Source: Diplonema japonicum (Eukaryota; Protista; Euglenozoa: Diplonemea). Taken from it: 64,000 bases of DNA. A model generated the notes under the pieces. The model did not search any database, was not told the origin of the DNA, and worked only from the letters and a program-made list of their open reading frames with translations. The stretch is from NCBI GenBank assembly GCA_964019335.1, contig OZ025696.1:186001-250000 (forward strand), written 5' to 3'. The position numbers and the translations under genes were made by a program. Below are positions 23,146 to 34,443 of the stretch, piece after piece; position 1 is the stretch's first letter, and every line of letters begins with the position of its first letter.

Positions 23146-24969
23146 TTAACAATGGGAGGGAGATCCCTTTCTCAAAATACCAACGGAACGAAGCATGTCC
23201 CGCTCATCAGAAAACCCGAGGGAAACAGCTCGTTTCAACGCGGCCGCCCTCTCGTCGGGGCTTAGCTTGACCATCGCCTTCATAGTCGCTTCGTTGCATC
23301 TGATATACCCACCACTGTTGGGGTCAACTATTGCTTTCGGCCACCCCCTTTGCGGGGTCCAATAAGGAGGCAATAAACTTTTTATGGCACCTCTCTCGAG
23401 TAGTAATACGATAACATCTGTCCTGCCCCTGCATACAGCTGACATAAATGAAGTTCTTCCAGCATTCGTGCGAAAATTAACATCTGCATGATTGTCAAGC
23501 AGTACCCTGCATGCCTCCACGTGTCCTGCTGCAGCTGCAATGTGAAGTAATGAAACATTCTGCCCGCTTGTATAATGGAGAACATTAGGCTCCATGTTAA
23601 AAGCGGGCGAGAGTAGCACGCTGAGCTCGTCAAAAATATTGTGAGTTGTCGCGTAGATGCTGAGCCGTGTTCTTTCTTCGGGGGTCAACCTCTGCATCGA
23701 CCTGTGCGTCTCTGCATTACTCCTAATGTACCCACCGCTGCCATGTTTTAGCAGTTTCAAAATGTGTTGCTTCCGTTTCTTTGATGTGGTTGTAAAGACA
23801 GCGAACGACTTCACGGCACCCCTTCTCAGCAACAGGGCTACAACGGCTGTTTGACCAGCGTTCGCTGCCAATATCAACGGTGTTCTTTTCGCGTACTTGT
23901 CTCGGATATTGACGTTGGCACCGTGGTTTAAGAGCGCCTCGCATACCGCAAGCCTCCCTTCCCTTGCTGCTAAGTGCAACGCTGCCATCTTTCTTCCGTG
24001 TTCGCCGTGAATAATTGCCTCGGTGTCTGGATCCCTCCCCCCTCGGATATCGAGCTTGCATGCTATTACATCGCCGCGAGCAGCTGCGGAAACAAACGAT
24101 TGTGGGCCTTCTTCTATCGTTGCCTCGCTCTCGATCTTCGCCTTTGCCGTCCACTGGTCTTTGTATTTACCGCCGCTTTCCTTCAGGAACCGAACGGTTT
24201 CCTTCCTGTGTGAGCTCGATGCTGATTCTAGAGGAGTTCTTCCGGCGGCAGTTTTGAAGTTCACGTCGGCACCGTTATTCACTAATATCTTGCAGGAGGC
24301 GATGTGGCCGGCTGCTGCCGCAACATGAAGTGGGGAGACGATTCGGCGGCCGCCCCTCCACACCCTCAGAATGTTGGGGGGTACTCCGATCGAGAGAAGC
24401 ATCTCTAGCTCGTCAGCTATGTTGCGGGAGGCTGCGAACATCATGGCTTTGATCTTGTCCTCCTCGCTCAGTCCCTCCATCGCCTTCCGTGTTGCCTCGT
24501 TGCTCCTGATGTACCCACCACTCCCGTACCGAAGCATAACTGACACCTTATGGTCGGAACGCTGGTGGAGGCCCTTGAGGCCAAGGCATTTGATGGCACC
24601 CCATTTCAGGAGTAGTTCCACGGTGTCGTCCCTGCCTGCTGATGCTGCTGTCATTAACGATGTTCTCCCAGAAGACATTTTCAGGTTGACGTCAGCACCG
24701 TTGTTCAGAAGGGTCGTGCACGTGCTGATGTGTCCTCGTGAAGCGGCTATGTGGAGTGGTGCTGCGGTGCCACCTAGCCATTTTATCTGTTTGTTGGGGT
24801 CCGTGCCTAACTCAACGATCAGCTTCTTGCACATCGCACTGTGTCCTTCGAGAGCCGCGCAGTGAAGTGCGTTGCGGGATATTTTCCAGTCTTTTATGGG
24901 AACCTGGGCCGCATTAGCATCCAGCCAGCTCATCGCCTTTCTTATGTTGATCCGCGCTGCCCGATTCAT
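23146..24969 (-). CDS. Ankyrin-repeat protein with internal higher-order repeats
   Basis: Many LHxAAxxG / GADVN motifs; recurring GSGGYIRSNEAT linker. Confidence 0.92.
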   Translation of the reverse strand: MNRAARINIRKAMSWLDANAAQVPIKDWKISRNALHCAALEGHSAMCKKLIVELGTDPNKQIKWLGGTAAPLHIAASRGHISTCTTLLNNGADVNLKMSSGRTSLMTAASAGRDDTVELLLKWGAIKCLGLKGLHQRSDHKVSVMLRYGSGGYIRSNEATRKAMEGLSEEDKIKAMMFAASRNIADELEMLLSIGVPPNILRVWRGGRRIVSPLHVAAAAGHIASCKILVNNGADVNFKTAAGRTPLESASSSHRKETVRFLKESGGKYKDQWTAKAKIESEATIEEGPQSFVSAAARGDVIACKLDIRGGRDPDTEAIIHGEHGRKMAALHLAAREGRLAVCEALLNHGANVNIRDKYAKRTPLILAANAGQTAVVALLLRRGAVKSFAVFTTTSKKRKQHILKLLKHGSGGYIRSNAETHRSMQRLTPEERTRLSIYATTHNIFDELSVLLSPAFNMEPNVLHYTSGQNVSLLHIAAAAGHVEACRVLLDNHADVNFRTNAGRTSFMSAVCRGRTDVIVLLLERGAIKSLLPPYWTPQRGWPKAIVDPNSGGYIRCNEATMKAMVKLSPDERAAALKRAVSLGFSDERDMLRSVGILRKGSPSHC

Positions 24970-25166
24970 GTTGTGGTTTTTTCTTCTTTCTTTTTTTTAA
25001 ACCAATATCGCGCTCATTTTTTCTGGGAAAAACCTTTCTCGGATCCTCCCGCCCCTCCCCCCCCCCCCCCCCCCCCCTCTCCTCTCCCTTCCCCCACTGC
25101 TGTATGCAATTAAAAAATAGTTCTGGTGGGGGGGGGGGGGGGGGGGGAGGAAGAAAAAAATAGAAA

Positions 25167-26054
25167 TCAGGCCTTTTTCGGTTTATCATTTTCCCTGATC
25201 GAAGCGTCGTTACACATGGCGGAGGAGCACCAAGCAGCCACGGAATACCCGAAAGCTGACCATCCAAATAGAATGTCTAAGGCACTGCCCTTGTTATTGA
25301 AAGCAGCACAGAGGTACGGGGTTGCAAGGAGACAGCAAGGAACACCAACAAGGAACAAGCCACACGCTTTGAAGATACACCTAACCCCACAATGCAACGG
25401 CGATTTAGTCAGGCTGCCGTACCTGGCAACCACGGCCAGGTTCGCAACAGCTATAGACCCTATCCCACCAAGGTAGACCACCTCCCCAGCAATGGGGCAC
25501 AGCAGCGTCACGGAAAAGGTAGACACGACGACCAAAGGGGTTAAAACAGGGGTTTTGGAGTCGAAGAAGTCGGTCATCTGAAGGGAGCTTAACAGAGCCA
25601 GTGCAAAATACAACCCACACAACCCTGTGGAAGCCTGATCTATCTGTCGAAGAAAGATTCTTGAAGGTTCCGTAATTGGTAGCAGGCAATGGTAGACAAG
25701 ACCTGATAAGTTCATGAAGGAGAAGAAGCTGAAAGCAACGTGAAAATAATGGTTCAGGATGGAACCCTTCGCGCGGGCCACCTGGTCCGATCCGTAGACC
25801 CCCGTCACCACCCCTATGACGCACAGGGCAGCTAGAAATGGCCACCTCACGAGGACCCCTCCTACCTCCACGTACTCTGCGGCGCACTGCTCTCCCCCAA
25901 GACCCCGCACCACGTCCATCATCTGCATGAGTTCTATCCAGTCGCCCACTCCGTTGAAAAACCCTGTTTTAGTCCCCAAGACCCATCCATGGGAGTTGAT
26001 GCTATTCGAGGCTGCTTCTGCTTGCATTCGTTCTCGTTCCCCTTCGTTGTACAT
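25167..26054 (-). CDS. Multi-pass membrane protein (weak CREST/ceramidase-like SxxxxH...D)
   Basis: About 7 hydrophobic segments; probable start MYNEGERE at 26054; family assignment uncertain. Confidence 0.6.
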   Translation of the reverse strand: MYNEGERERMQAEAASNSINSHGWVLGTKTGFFNGVGDWIELMQMMDVVRGLGGEQCAAEYVEVGGVLVRWPFLAALCVIGVVTGVYGSDQVARAKGSILNHYFHVAFSFFSFMNLSGLVYHCLLPITEPSRIFLRQIDQASTGLCGLYFALALLSSLQMTDFFDSKTPVLTPLVVVSTFSVTLLCPIAGEVVYLGGIGSIAVANLAVVARYGSLTKSPLHCGVRCIFKACGLFLVGVPCCLLATPYLCAAFNNKGSALDILFGWSAFGYSVAAWCSSAMCNDASIRENDKPKKA

Positions 26055-26176
26055 TCGTTTTACATCACCAAGGGGGGGGGGGGGGGGTAATACAAAAAAA
26101 CTACTTTCTTTTAAAACTAACGTGTAAGAATAAACTAGAAGCAAGCGGGCGGGGGGGAAGGGGATCAATTGTCTTT

Positions 26177-26953
26177 TTAATACGTTTCGACAATTGTGCA
26201 GCTCGCAGGGAGGTCGGTTTGTGCAAGCGCCCCTGTCAAAGACAAGGCTTCCTTGGGGACGGTGACAATACTCAAGGACGGGCACCCAACCAACACACTG
26301 GGCACCATCACCACGTTGCGCATGGACGACAGGTCCACATGCTGCAGAGCAGCACACATCGATAGAAAATCGGAACCAACACAAAGCACATCATCCAACC
26401 TCCACGCACCCAGCACCTCCAACAAGGACGCACTATTTAAGAATCTGTTCCCTATGAAAGCAATTCTTGTCAGGCCAAGCATGTCCAGGGTTAACAGTTG
26501 AGTCCCTTGTAGAAAATCACTGTTTATGCGGCAAACGCGATTTTCGGGGTCGGTCAGACGGAGGTGGAGAAGGGACAATGGCAAGTCACTAGAGAACAGA
26601 GTTAATTCCCCCTTATTGGCTCCAGAGACGTTTAGGATCAGTAGAAGATCAGGCTGGACTGCCAGACGCTGGCCGATCGTGTCATGCTTCTCTGCTAGCT
26701 CTTCGATCGAAACGAGCATAGTGTTGTCTTGCATGAGGAGCAGTTCGCAGCCCTCCCCCATGTCGGTTTGGTGGACTTCTTCATCTTCGTTGTTCTGAAT
26801 CTGGTTTTCTTCCCATTTCAGCACGAAGTCCTCGTCAGGGATGTCCGCAGCCGTGGAGGCCTTGCTGTACAGGTCGTGCATTGTGTCTGACCCGACCACC
26901 TCCATGTCGTGTACCTCACCATCAGGTGTCCTGACGTACACTGTGATGCTCAT
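26177..26953 (-). CDS. Ubiquitin-like domain + leucine-rich repeats (short form)
   Basis: MSITVYVRTPDG...SDT..DL Ubl N-terminus; LxxLDL..L..I...FL repeats. Confidence 0.8.
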   Translation of the reverse strand: MSITVYVRTPDGEVHDMEVVGSDTMHDLYSKASTAADIPDEDFVLKWEENQIQNNEDEEVHQTDMGEGCELLLMQDNTMLVSIEELAEKHDTIGQRLAVQPDLLLILNVSGANKGELTLFSSDLPLSLLHLRLTDPENRVCRINSDFLQGTQLLTLDMLGLTRIAFIGNRFLNSASLLEVLGAWRLDDVLCVGSDFLSMCAALQHVDLSSMRNVVMVPSVLVGCPSLSIVTVPKEALSLTGALAQTDLPASCTIVETY

Positions 26954-27272
26954 TTTTTTTTAATGTGTGGACAACGGCTTTTTTTTTTTTTTTTTTTTTT
27001 TTTGTATTTAAACAAAAGTATTGCTCGGTTTTCTTGTACAGGGCAAGAAAGAAGAAGAAGAAAAAAGAGAAAAAGAGAGAGAAGAAAAAAAAAAGAGTGG
27101 TGGTTGGTAGCATGCCAGTATTTATCCCCAAGGATCTTATGCAAAAAAAAAAAAAAAAAAAAAAGAAATGCTAAAAACCAACTCTTTTTCTTCTTCTTTT
27201 TTTTTTTATAAAAAAAACCTAAAGAAATACGAGCATTTGGAACAAAAAAAAAGGGGGAAAAAAACGAAAGCA

Positions 27273-27303
<31 letters not shown>

Positions 27304-27378
27304 AGGGGTCCTACCTTGTGGGTGGAGAGGTGGGTGGGGGGCAGGGGTCCTACCTTTGCCAAGAAAGATTTAAAAAAA

Positions 27379-27421
27379 AGGTGTCTTTGAGGGAACCTGC
27401 AGTATGTGACAGGATCGCCTA
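27379..27421 (-). other. Conserved ~43-nt intergenic hairpin motif, copy 1 (others 32393-32435, 39190-39230, 40350-40392, 59000-59046)
   Basis: Sense strand YAG-GCGATCCTGTCACATACTGCAG-GTTCCCT(T)CAAAGACAYCT; all five copies in the same orientation. Confidence 0.85.
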
Positions 27422-27429
27422 ATACAACA

Positions 27430-27650
27430 CAATCAACTCATCTAGTGTTTGATCCCTTCTGTCGTGGTAGTGCCTTAGGCCCGTCGTGGTATCTATTCAG
27501 CAGCTTGGGCGTGAAACCAACTAGCGAGTTGTTGAGAATGCCACATGATCATAACTGTTCCTCTAGGATAGGGTGGAGTAACCAGTGATGGGATGGCTGT
27601 GGAGTCCTAGGGCACGCAAAGAGTGTACTGACTCCTTGGGTTCTGCTGGA
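27430..27650 (-). mobile_element. Possible short relic of a non-LTR retrotransposon 3' end
   Basis: VHSLRALGLHSHPITGY resembles VNSLRCIGGPTTHGY of the element at ~42.5 kb. Confidence 0.4.
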
Positions 27651-27947
27651 AAAGAAAACGATGGAAAAAAAACGATGGAAAAAAAAAGAAGAAAATTCTT
27701 GCTTATAAGTCTGTTGTCGAGTAAGAAACAAGAAATATATATAAAAAAGCTTGTTTTGTTTTGTTTTGTTTTGTTTTTTTTTTTTTTTTTCTTTTTTATT
27801 TGCTTGGCAAGTTAGCACAAAGATATTATTCAAAAAAAAAAAAATCGAATTTTCTTCTTTTTCTTAAGTTTCTCGTTCAAAAAAAAAAATAAATCAAAAA
27901 AAAAAAAAAAAAAAAAAAAAAAGAAGGATTAAAAACCAACTATCTTC

Positions 27948-29018
27948 CTACTTTAAGGGCGAGATCGGCGGCGCTCTTCCAAAAGATGAATTCGGCAAAC
28001 GAGGTCTCGACAAAGGCGTGGACGCACCAGATGTGGACTGAGGAGATAAGTGCGGCGTAGCAGGAGGTGTCAATCCTGCTTGAGAGGACAGAATGAGTTC
28101 TGTATGAGCCCGCAAGCCATTCAATGAAGATGAGCTCGAGCTCGTCCGTCTGGGCATGCGCTTGGAGGAAATGTTTGAATTGTGCTCTGAAAGCACCTCG
28201 GTGTTGAGGAGGAGCCGGTTTCGCTCGCCCGAAGCTTTGTGGTACTCCTCCCTCAGGCGATGCGTCTTGAGGTCCTGTAGGAAATTGCTCTGCGACATTT
28301 GTTCAAGCTGCTGGCGGAGGCTTTCACAATTTTCTGCGTTCGATGCTGCCTGTTGTTCCTTGAGCATACAAAGCCTTTGCAGCCTTTCGATCTCCCCTTG
28401 AAGCCGGGTTGTCGCGCTTTCGTTAAGCTTCTGCAAACAGCTTGTCGTTCCTTGCTGGCTTCCAGAGTATGTAGAATCTGTATCGCTGTCGTCGATTTGC
28501 TCTTTGTACGCGTTGAGATGCCGCAGAAGATTTGCTTCTTTTGAAGCGTCAATTCTGCGCTCGAGAGCCCTGTTCTGATCGGTGCAGGCTTTGAGTTGTT
28601 TTTCTAATTTGTTTACAATGAAGTCGCGTTCTCTTCTTAGGTGCTGTTCGAGCTCCTTCTTCTCGGTGCCGACACCGATCAGCTGCTTTTGGAGGGAATT
28701 CATTAGGAACTCCTCCTCCACCTCGACCTCGTGGACGAGCTTTGCTTTTTCCTTCTGAAGCGTGTCCAGCCGCTTCATCAAACCGTTGGAAATGTACTCC
28801 TCCTCCTCCTCCACGTTTCTTTGCAGAATAGACGCGGCTGACTTGAGCTGCTTTACCTCGGTCACCCTCTTCGTCAGCATGCCGTCCGTCGTGCTCATTT
28901 CCGCCTTTCGCGCATTTCTCTCGAGAACAGCTTCGTTGGCCTGCCGCTCCGCTTCATCCGCGAGCTCCTCCAAACGTTTAATCTCGTCTTCAAGATCATC
29001 GGATGACGGGGAGGACAT
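27948..29018 (-). CDS. CCDC6: CCDC6 / DUF2046-like coiled-coil protein
   Basis: EEEEEYISNGLMKRL..LQKEK..L..EVEVEEEFLMNSLQKQL; Ser/Pro-rich tail. Confidence 0.75.
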   Translation of the reverse strand: MSSPSSDDLEDEIKRLEELADEAERQANEAVLERNARKAEMSTTDGMLTKRVTEVKQLKSAASILQRNVEEEEEYISNGLMKRLDTLQKEKAKLVHEVEVEEEFLMNSLQKQLIGVGTEKKELEQHLRRERDFIVNKLEKQLKACTDQNRALERRIDASKEANLLRHLNAYKEQIDDSDTDSTYSGSQQGTTSCLQKLNESATTRLQGEIERLQRLCMLKEQQAASNAENCESLRQQLEQMSQSNFLQDLKTHRLREEYHKASGERNRLLLNTEVLSEHNSNISSKRMPRRTSSSSSSLNGLRAHTELILSSQAGLTPPATPHLSPQSTSGASTPLSRPRLPNSSFGRAPPISPLK

Positions 29019-29213
29019 TTTTTTTTTTTTTTTTTCCCTTTTTTTTTTTTTTTCGTAAGGTTTTTTTTTTTTTTTTTGTTTCTGAAACAAAAAAAAAAAA
29101 AGGAGGGAAGGAATTAGGGGGGGGAGGGGATGGGATTGCCCCGTTTTATTTTTATTTTTTTTTTCTTTCAAAAAAAATAACTAAAAAAAAAAGTGAAAAA
29201 ATTTTTTTCTTTT

Positions 29214-29873
29214 TTACTTATTTTTTCCCATCATGGTCCTCAGTTCGTTGATTTCCGATTCCATAATGCGTGCCCGTTCGCCTTCTATCGGCTTCTTGAC
29301 AGTGCTGGTGGAGAATGTGAAGTCGAGGCCAGTAGAAGCAACAGGGACATCAGTTTCGGTTCCCACCCTCGACCGAATGTCAGAGATGATGGATCGGTGT
29401 TCCGGGGTGAATGTGTAAGTCTGCCTGGGACCTTGGAACAAACTGGGTTCATCTGAGAATTCTGCTTCATATGGGTCGGGCTTCTCCTTGGCAAGCTTCA
29501 TCTCTGTTTGAATCCGGTCCCAATCATCGTCAAGGTCTTCAATAGTGTCTGTCTGTGAATGGCAGCCCCCCTTTTCTTCCTCTTCTTCTTCTTCTTCTTC
29601 TGAATCTTCGTCAACAACTGTGACTGGGTCCGGAATTCTCTTGAGGCCCTTCTCAAACACCTCGTCATCTATCTCACCTAAATTATCAAATATCGCTTCT
29701 ACAGCTTTCGGGTCTGTGAAATCAACGTCTCCCAAGCAGCAGCCGTCTGCCTTGCCTGCTTTCTTCACAGAAGGTGCATGAAGTGCAAAGATCTCTCCCA
29801 AGCTAAGAGCACCCGCAACGTGTGTCATTGGGAGCTCTTTGAAGAAGTACTCGTTTTCTGGGGAGTGCGGCAT
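29214..29873 (-). CDS. Acidic hypothetical protein
   Basis: 219-aa ORF on the coding strand with ATG after an A-run. Confidence 0.65.
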   Translation of the reverse strand: MPHSPENEYFFKELPMTHVAGALSLGEIFALHAPSVKKAGKADGCCLGDVDFTDPKAVEAIFDNLGEIDDEVFEKGLKRIPDPVTVVDEDSEEEEEEEEEKGGCHSQTDTIEDLDDDWDRIQTEMKLAKEKPDPYEAEFSDEPSLFQGPRQTYTFTPEHRSIISDIRSRVGTETDVPVASTGLDFTFSTSTVKKPIEGERARIMESEINELRTMMGKNK

Positions 29874-30287
29874 TTTTTAATTTTCTTTTTCTTTTTCCCC
29901 CCCTTTTGCTTGTATCTTCGCCATTTTCACCACAAATAAAATCCGTTTGAGAAGAAAAAATAAAAGGGTGTAGGAAAAAGAGTAGGGTTAGACTCTACGT
30001 TGTTTCTTTGAATGAAATCAGGGGGGAGGGAGGGGGAGATAAGAGAAGAAGAACTTCTTTTTCTTTTTTTTTTTTGTATATTTTCTTTTGTTGTTTTTTT
30101 TTTAAAATATATAATTTTCTCTTTTTCTTTTTTCGATCTCCACAGCAGTTTCCTTTTTTTTTTTTGTTTTCTTTTTCTTTTTCGGGCTTATGGCCCGATC
30201 ACCGACGATAAACAAAAAAAAAAAAAAAAAAAAAAAAGACCATGGGATAACAACAATCAAAAGATATAATAATAATCGTTTGCGTTG

Positions 30288-30319
<32 letters not shown>

Positions 30320-30432
30320 ACCGTTATTCGGGTGCAGAGGGGAGGGAGGAGAAATTCCAAAATCCCCCTCCCTGAACACGGTATCTTGAAGAGAGCATAA
30401 TTCATTCCCCCCCCCCCCCCCCCCCCCCCCCT

Positions 30433-31965
30433 CTACAAATACGCATTCTTGCACCCCTCCGCGTATTCAGACGGAAGCAGCACACGCATCTTTTCAACCA
30501 ATTTCGGGTTCAAAGGCGCGATGTCTTTCATGTCAAATTCATCATTTGAAACATCAATAAGCATCTGCGTCCAACCCTTGGTAGGAGAAGGTGCTGTAGA
30601 AGGCGGCGACGGGCATTCCCCATTACAACAAATGTACTTATAAGAACCAGAAATGTTTGAATCAGAAGTTGCATGCTGGACAGACATTCTCCAGTTGTTC
30701 AAACCGGATGAAACAAACGGTTTGTAAGAACTCGACCCTGACAGAAGAGGGCGTAGCGAGACAGCGGTCATGTTTTCACCAAGCGAGACATTGGCGTAGT
30801 CAAGAAACGTTGCAGACAGGTCAAGCGTGGCAACAGGGAGGCTGTGCGTCTTGTTCTTCACAACACCAGGGCCCGAACATATCAAAGGAACAGAGGCTGA
30901 CCCTTGCCACGGCCGTTCTTTCCCCTCGTCGTTGTGATCGTCCAACATCTCTCCATGGTCTGAAGAGATACATATTAAGGTGTTGTTATACTCACCGGAG
31001 GATTTAACCTCATCAATAATCATTTTGAACAGTCTATCAATGTTCTCTATCTCCGCACCGTAATTGCAACGGAAGAAGTTGTTGTCCGGCTGGGTTACCG
31101 CCCCGCACTCGTTAGGATGGTGCCCCGTGTAATCTGTAGCACCCGGCCATACCCTCCCCGCCACTGAGTTCCGCATCTTCGTGGTGACGGAAAACGGAGG
31201 ATGCGGTCCTGGAAATGAAACCTGTAGAAACCATGGTTTTCCGGTTGGTTTTCTCCTCAATAATGTCAACGCGTTGCTCGCTGTCCAGTCGTCTTCGTAA
31301 AGCGGCTCTGGGTACGTTTCGGTGGTGCAAATTGGTGAATCGTGGTTTTTTAAGCATGCTCTGTGCGATTCCCATCCCGATATAGATGTCCCGTTTGGCA
31401 ATGCGACAGTGTGGTTGTTGAGGTAGAATCCGTACATTTCGTGGGGCAGCGGGGTGTCGATGACGTCGTCCTTGCCGCTGTATCTCAGGCCGTCGGAAAA
31501 ACCTAGTGCGGATTGATGGTACAAACCGTCACCGTCAACGCAATAAGAGCATCCTGAGTAGTTTACACGGTAGCCTAGTTGTGTTGCTTTGGTGAGATCG
31601 TCCTTTCCAGTCAGCATTGTGTGGTACCCGCCTTCGTCGCGAAGACGCTTGTAGAAGGTTTCTTGTGTGATTGGGTAATCGTTGGCAAAGTTGGTGGGAA
31701 CGCCTGCTTCGTCGTACTCCCTCCCGGAGGCCAAACAGCTTCGGCTTGGGGAGCATACCGGAGCTGGGACGTAGGCTTGTGTGAATCTCACTCCTTCGCT
31801 TGCGATTTCCTTAACCGTTGGGAGATGCAGCGGCATCTCACCCGTGTTGATACGGGTGTATATCCCGTCCCAGTCGTATCTCCATTCGTCAGGGAACAAC
31901 AGTAAAATATTCGGCGGGGGCGGAGTGGTTATCGCCAGGGCGGACAGGGTGATGAGGATTTGCAT
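30433..31965 (-). CDS. Secreted formylglycine-dependent sulfatase (S1)
   Basis: PNILLLFPDE, CSPSR, GK, PHPP and SDHG motifs; signal peptide. Confidence 0.93.
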   Translation of the reverse strand: MQILITLSALAITTPPPPNILLLFPDEWRYDWDGIYTRINTGEMPLHLPTVKEIASEGVRFTQAYVPAPVCSPSRSCLASGREYDEAGVPTNFANDYPITQETFYKRLRDEGGYHTMLTGKDDLTKATQLGYRVNYSGCSYCVDGDGLYHQSALGFSDGLRYSGKDDVIDTPLPHEMYGFYLNNHTVALPNGTSISGWESHRACLKNHDSPICTTETYPEPLYEDDWTASNALTLLRRKPTGKPWFLQVSFPGPHPPFSVTTKMRNSVAGRVWPGATDYTGHHPNECGAVTQPDNNFFRCNYGAEIENIDRLFKMIIDEVKSSGEYNNTLICISSDHGEMLDDHNDEGKERPWQGSASVPLICSGPGVVKNKTHSLPVATLDLSATFLDYANVSLGENMTAVSLRPLLSGSSSYKPFVSSGLNNWRMSVQHATSDSNISGSYKYICCNGECPSPPSTAPSPTKGWTQMLIDVSNDEFDMKDIAPLNPKLVEKMRVLLPSEYAEGCKNAYL

Positions 31966-32774
31966 TTTTTTTTTTTTTCTTTCCCTCTCCTGGTTTTTTT
32001 TTTTTTTTTTTTTTTTTTTTACTACCTCAATGGTAAAAAAAAAAAAAAAAGAAGAAAAAAAGAAAAAAAAAAGAATGCAGGCGGTAAAGTCATTTCTTGG
32101 CGATAGGTAAGTGGTTTTATTTCACGACTCATAATTTCAGAAGAGTGAAATATAAAATGGGTGGTCGTGTTTAGTTTTCTCTTTTTTTTTCTCGTACCTA
32201 CAGCTTTTCTTTTTTTTTTTTTTTTCCCCCGACTCTCCTCTCGGCGAGTGGACCGTCAAGCATCACAGGGTCACAGCTCTTCATTCCACTACCGGAGAAG
32301 GGGAAAAAAACAAGAAGAAAAAGAAAAAGAGGTGGAAACAGAAGTGAAATAAAAAGATGGCAACACGAGAAAAAAAAAAAAGAAAAGAAGAAAGGTGTTT
32401 TGAAGGGAACCTGCAGTATGTGACAGGATCGCCTATAAAAAAAGTGCAAAACCACATGCATACACCTTTTCTTTTCTTCACTGTTCTATTTCTTTTCTTT
32501 TTTTATGAGAAGAGCGGGGAGGAATAAAAAAAATATGAGTTAAGTCTTTGTAAGACGCCCCCTTGTTCTCATCTTCTACCTTTCAGCAGCGGTTGAGAAA
32601 ATAAAAAAAAATAAAAAAAGAAGGTGAGGCAAAAAAAAAAAAAAAAAAGAAAGGCTAGAAGAAATGACTCACACAAACTTTGCAGTCGCCCCGATATTTG
32701 GGAGAATGTTTTTTTTTTTTTTTTCGGGGGACATAAAAAAAAAAAAAAAAAAAAAAAAATTGGGGGGTTGCTTT

Positions 32775-34223
32775 CTATTCACGCAAACCCGAGAGCACCC
32801 CAGGAGGGAGCTTTGGATCAAGTGCACTTCTTAGTGCCAGCGCCTCACGAGGTATAACCACCTCTTCCAACGAAGGGCAGTCACCTAAGAAGCTTTCCCC
32901 AAGACGCCCACTTTTGATAAAACAAGCCAGCTTAACACTTCTTAGCGAAGTACACCTCGACAAAAAATCGTTCCCCAAACACCCGACCTGCTTAAACGGG
33001 AGATCGACAGCAACCAACGATTCGCAATCCTGCATAAAAGCATGGCCAATAGTGTCGACCTCCATCACGTTGCTCATATCGATACTCTTTAACGAGACGC
33101 ACCGGTCTAAGAACGAACGGCCGATAGTTTTCAAACTTTTTAGACCCGATAGATTTACAGCAGTCAACGAAGAACACCTTGAAAGGAAGAAAGCATTGAT
33201 CGAGCTGATCGGCAACAATGGAGTTAAGTCAACTGTTTCAAGTAAACGACACCCAAACGCCATGCCTTGACCGATTCGCTTGAGCTTCTTCATTCTCGAG
33301 AAGTCAATGTGACGCAGAGAGGTCTCTGCCAAGAACGATTCATCGATATCAGTGACATTACCCAATCCCGAAAAGTCGATTGTTTCAAGAGAGCTGCAGT
33401 GTGCGAAAACAAAAGCTGCAATTCGCTCAACATTCTTCAAATGCGACGTATTTACACTACGCAAGGAACTGCAGCCTTGCATAAAGCAACTCTCAACAAC
33501 ATGCAGCTGATCAAACGGTAGTTCCACGGCCTGCAGCGAGGCACATCCCCGCAAGAATCGGTACGAAATACTGTGAACGTTTCGCATGTATGTCAAATCT
33601 AGAATTTCAATGGAGGTGCACCCTGCCATAAAACTGTGACATATGGTCTGCAAATTATACATTCCAGAAAGGTCAACGTGCTTCAGAGCAGTGCAACCTT
33701 CTAAGAAACCGGTGCTGATCCCTACGACTTGCGTGAGGTCGGATATGTCGACGGTCTCAAGCAAGTCGTGGTAGGTGATAAAGTTTTGAATGTACACTAC
33801 TCTCTTCTGAGGGTCGAGCAGGCGGAGGTGGCGCATATTTCTCAGTGTCTGATGATTGAACATTTGCAGTTTTCCGTCTCTCACCCCAGAGACGTTTACT
33901 ACCAGGGTGAGCCCGGGGCTCTTTTCCATTTGTTCGTTGATTTCTGCAAGTTTTTTCTTGTTCGCCAGCTGGTTGTAGCACACTCTCATCTCTAGGCTGG
34001 GTCCTACAACTATCTCGCTCCCTTCAACGAGCCCTGATTCTTGCACGTAGCCCTGCTTCTCGTTGTGTATAAGATTCCCTTCCCAAAGTAATGTAAAATT
34101 CTCTTGCGGTATATCCGCAGCCGTGGAGGCCTTGCTGTACAGGTCGTGCATTGTGTCTGACCCGACCACCTCCATGTCGTGTACCTCACCATCAGGTGTC
34201 CTGACGTACACTGTGATGCTCAT
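32775..34223 (-). CDS. Ubiquitin-like domain + BspA-like LRR protein (long form)
   Basis: Same Ubl start as 26953; many I...FL.GC.SL..VDL repeats. Confidence 0.85.
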   Translation of the reverse strand: MSITVYVRTPDGEVHDMEVVGSDTMHDLYSKASTAADIPQENFTLLWEGNLIHNEKQGYVQESGLVEGSEIVVGPSLEMRVCYNQLANKKKLAEINEQMEKSPGLTLVVNVSGVRDGKLQMFNHQTLRNMRHLRLLDPQKRVVYIQNFITYHDLLETVDISDLTQVVGISTGFLEGCTALKHVDLSGMYNLQTICHSFMAGCTSIEILDLTYMRNVHSISYRFLRGCASLQAVELPFDQLHVVESCFMQGCSSLRSVNTSHLKNVERIAAFVFAHCSSLETIDFSGLGNVTDIDESFLAETSLRHIDFSRMKKLKRIGQGMAFGCRLLETVDLTPLLPISSINAFFLSRCSSLTAVNLSGLKSLKTIGRSFLDRCVSLKSIDMSNVMEVDTIGHAFMQDCESLVAVDLPFKQVGCLGNDFLSRCTSLRSVKLACFIKSGRLGESFLGDCPSLEEVVIPREALALRSALDPKLPPGVLSGLRE

Positions 34224-34281
34224 TTTTTTTTTTTTTTTTCCTCTTTTTTTATTGTTAAAGAAATGTGTGTTTTTCTTTTCT

Positions 34282-34315
<34 letters not shown>

Positions 34316-34443
34316 CCCTCCCAAAAAAAAAAAAAAAAAAAGATCGCGTGCTGTAGTTTGCCTCGATACACGACGGAGGAAAGAAAAAAGAAAAAGAAAG
34401 TAGGGCGTGGGGTTTATACGTCGTTGAAGAAAGAAAAGTCGCG

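Noticed and set aside
27274-27350. Long G/C runs as G-quadruplex regulators
   Set aside because: Homopolymers of all four bases are ubiquitous here and their lengths may be unreliable; no specific evidence.
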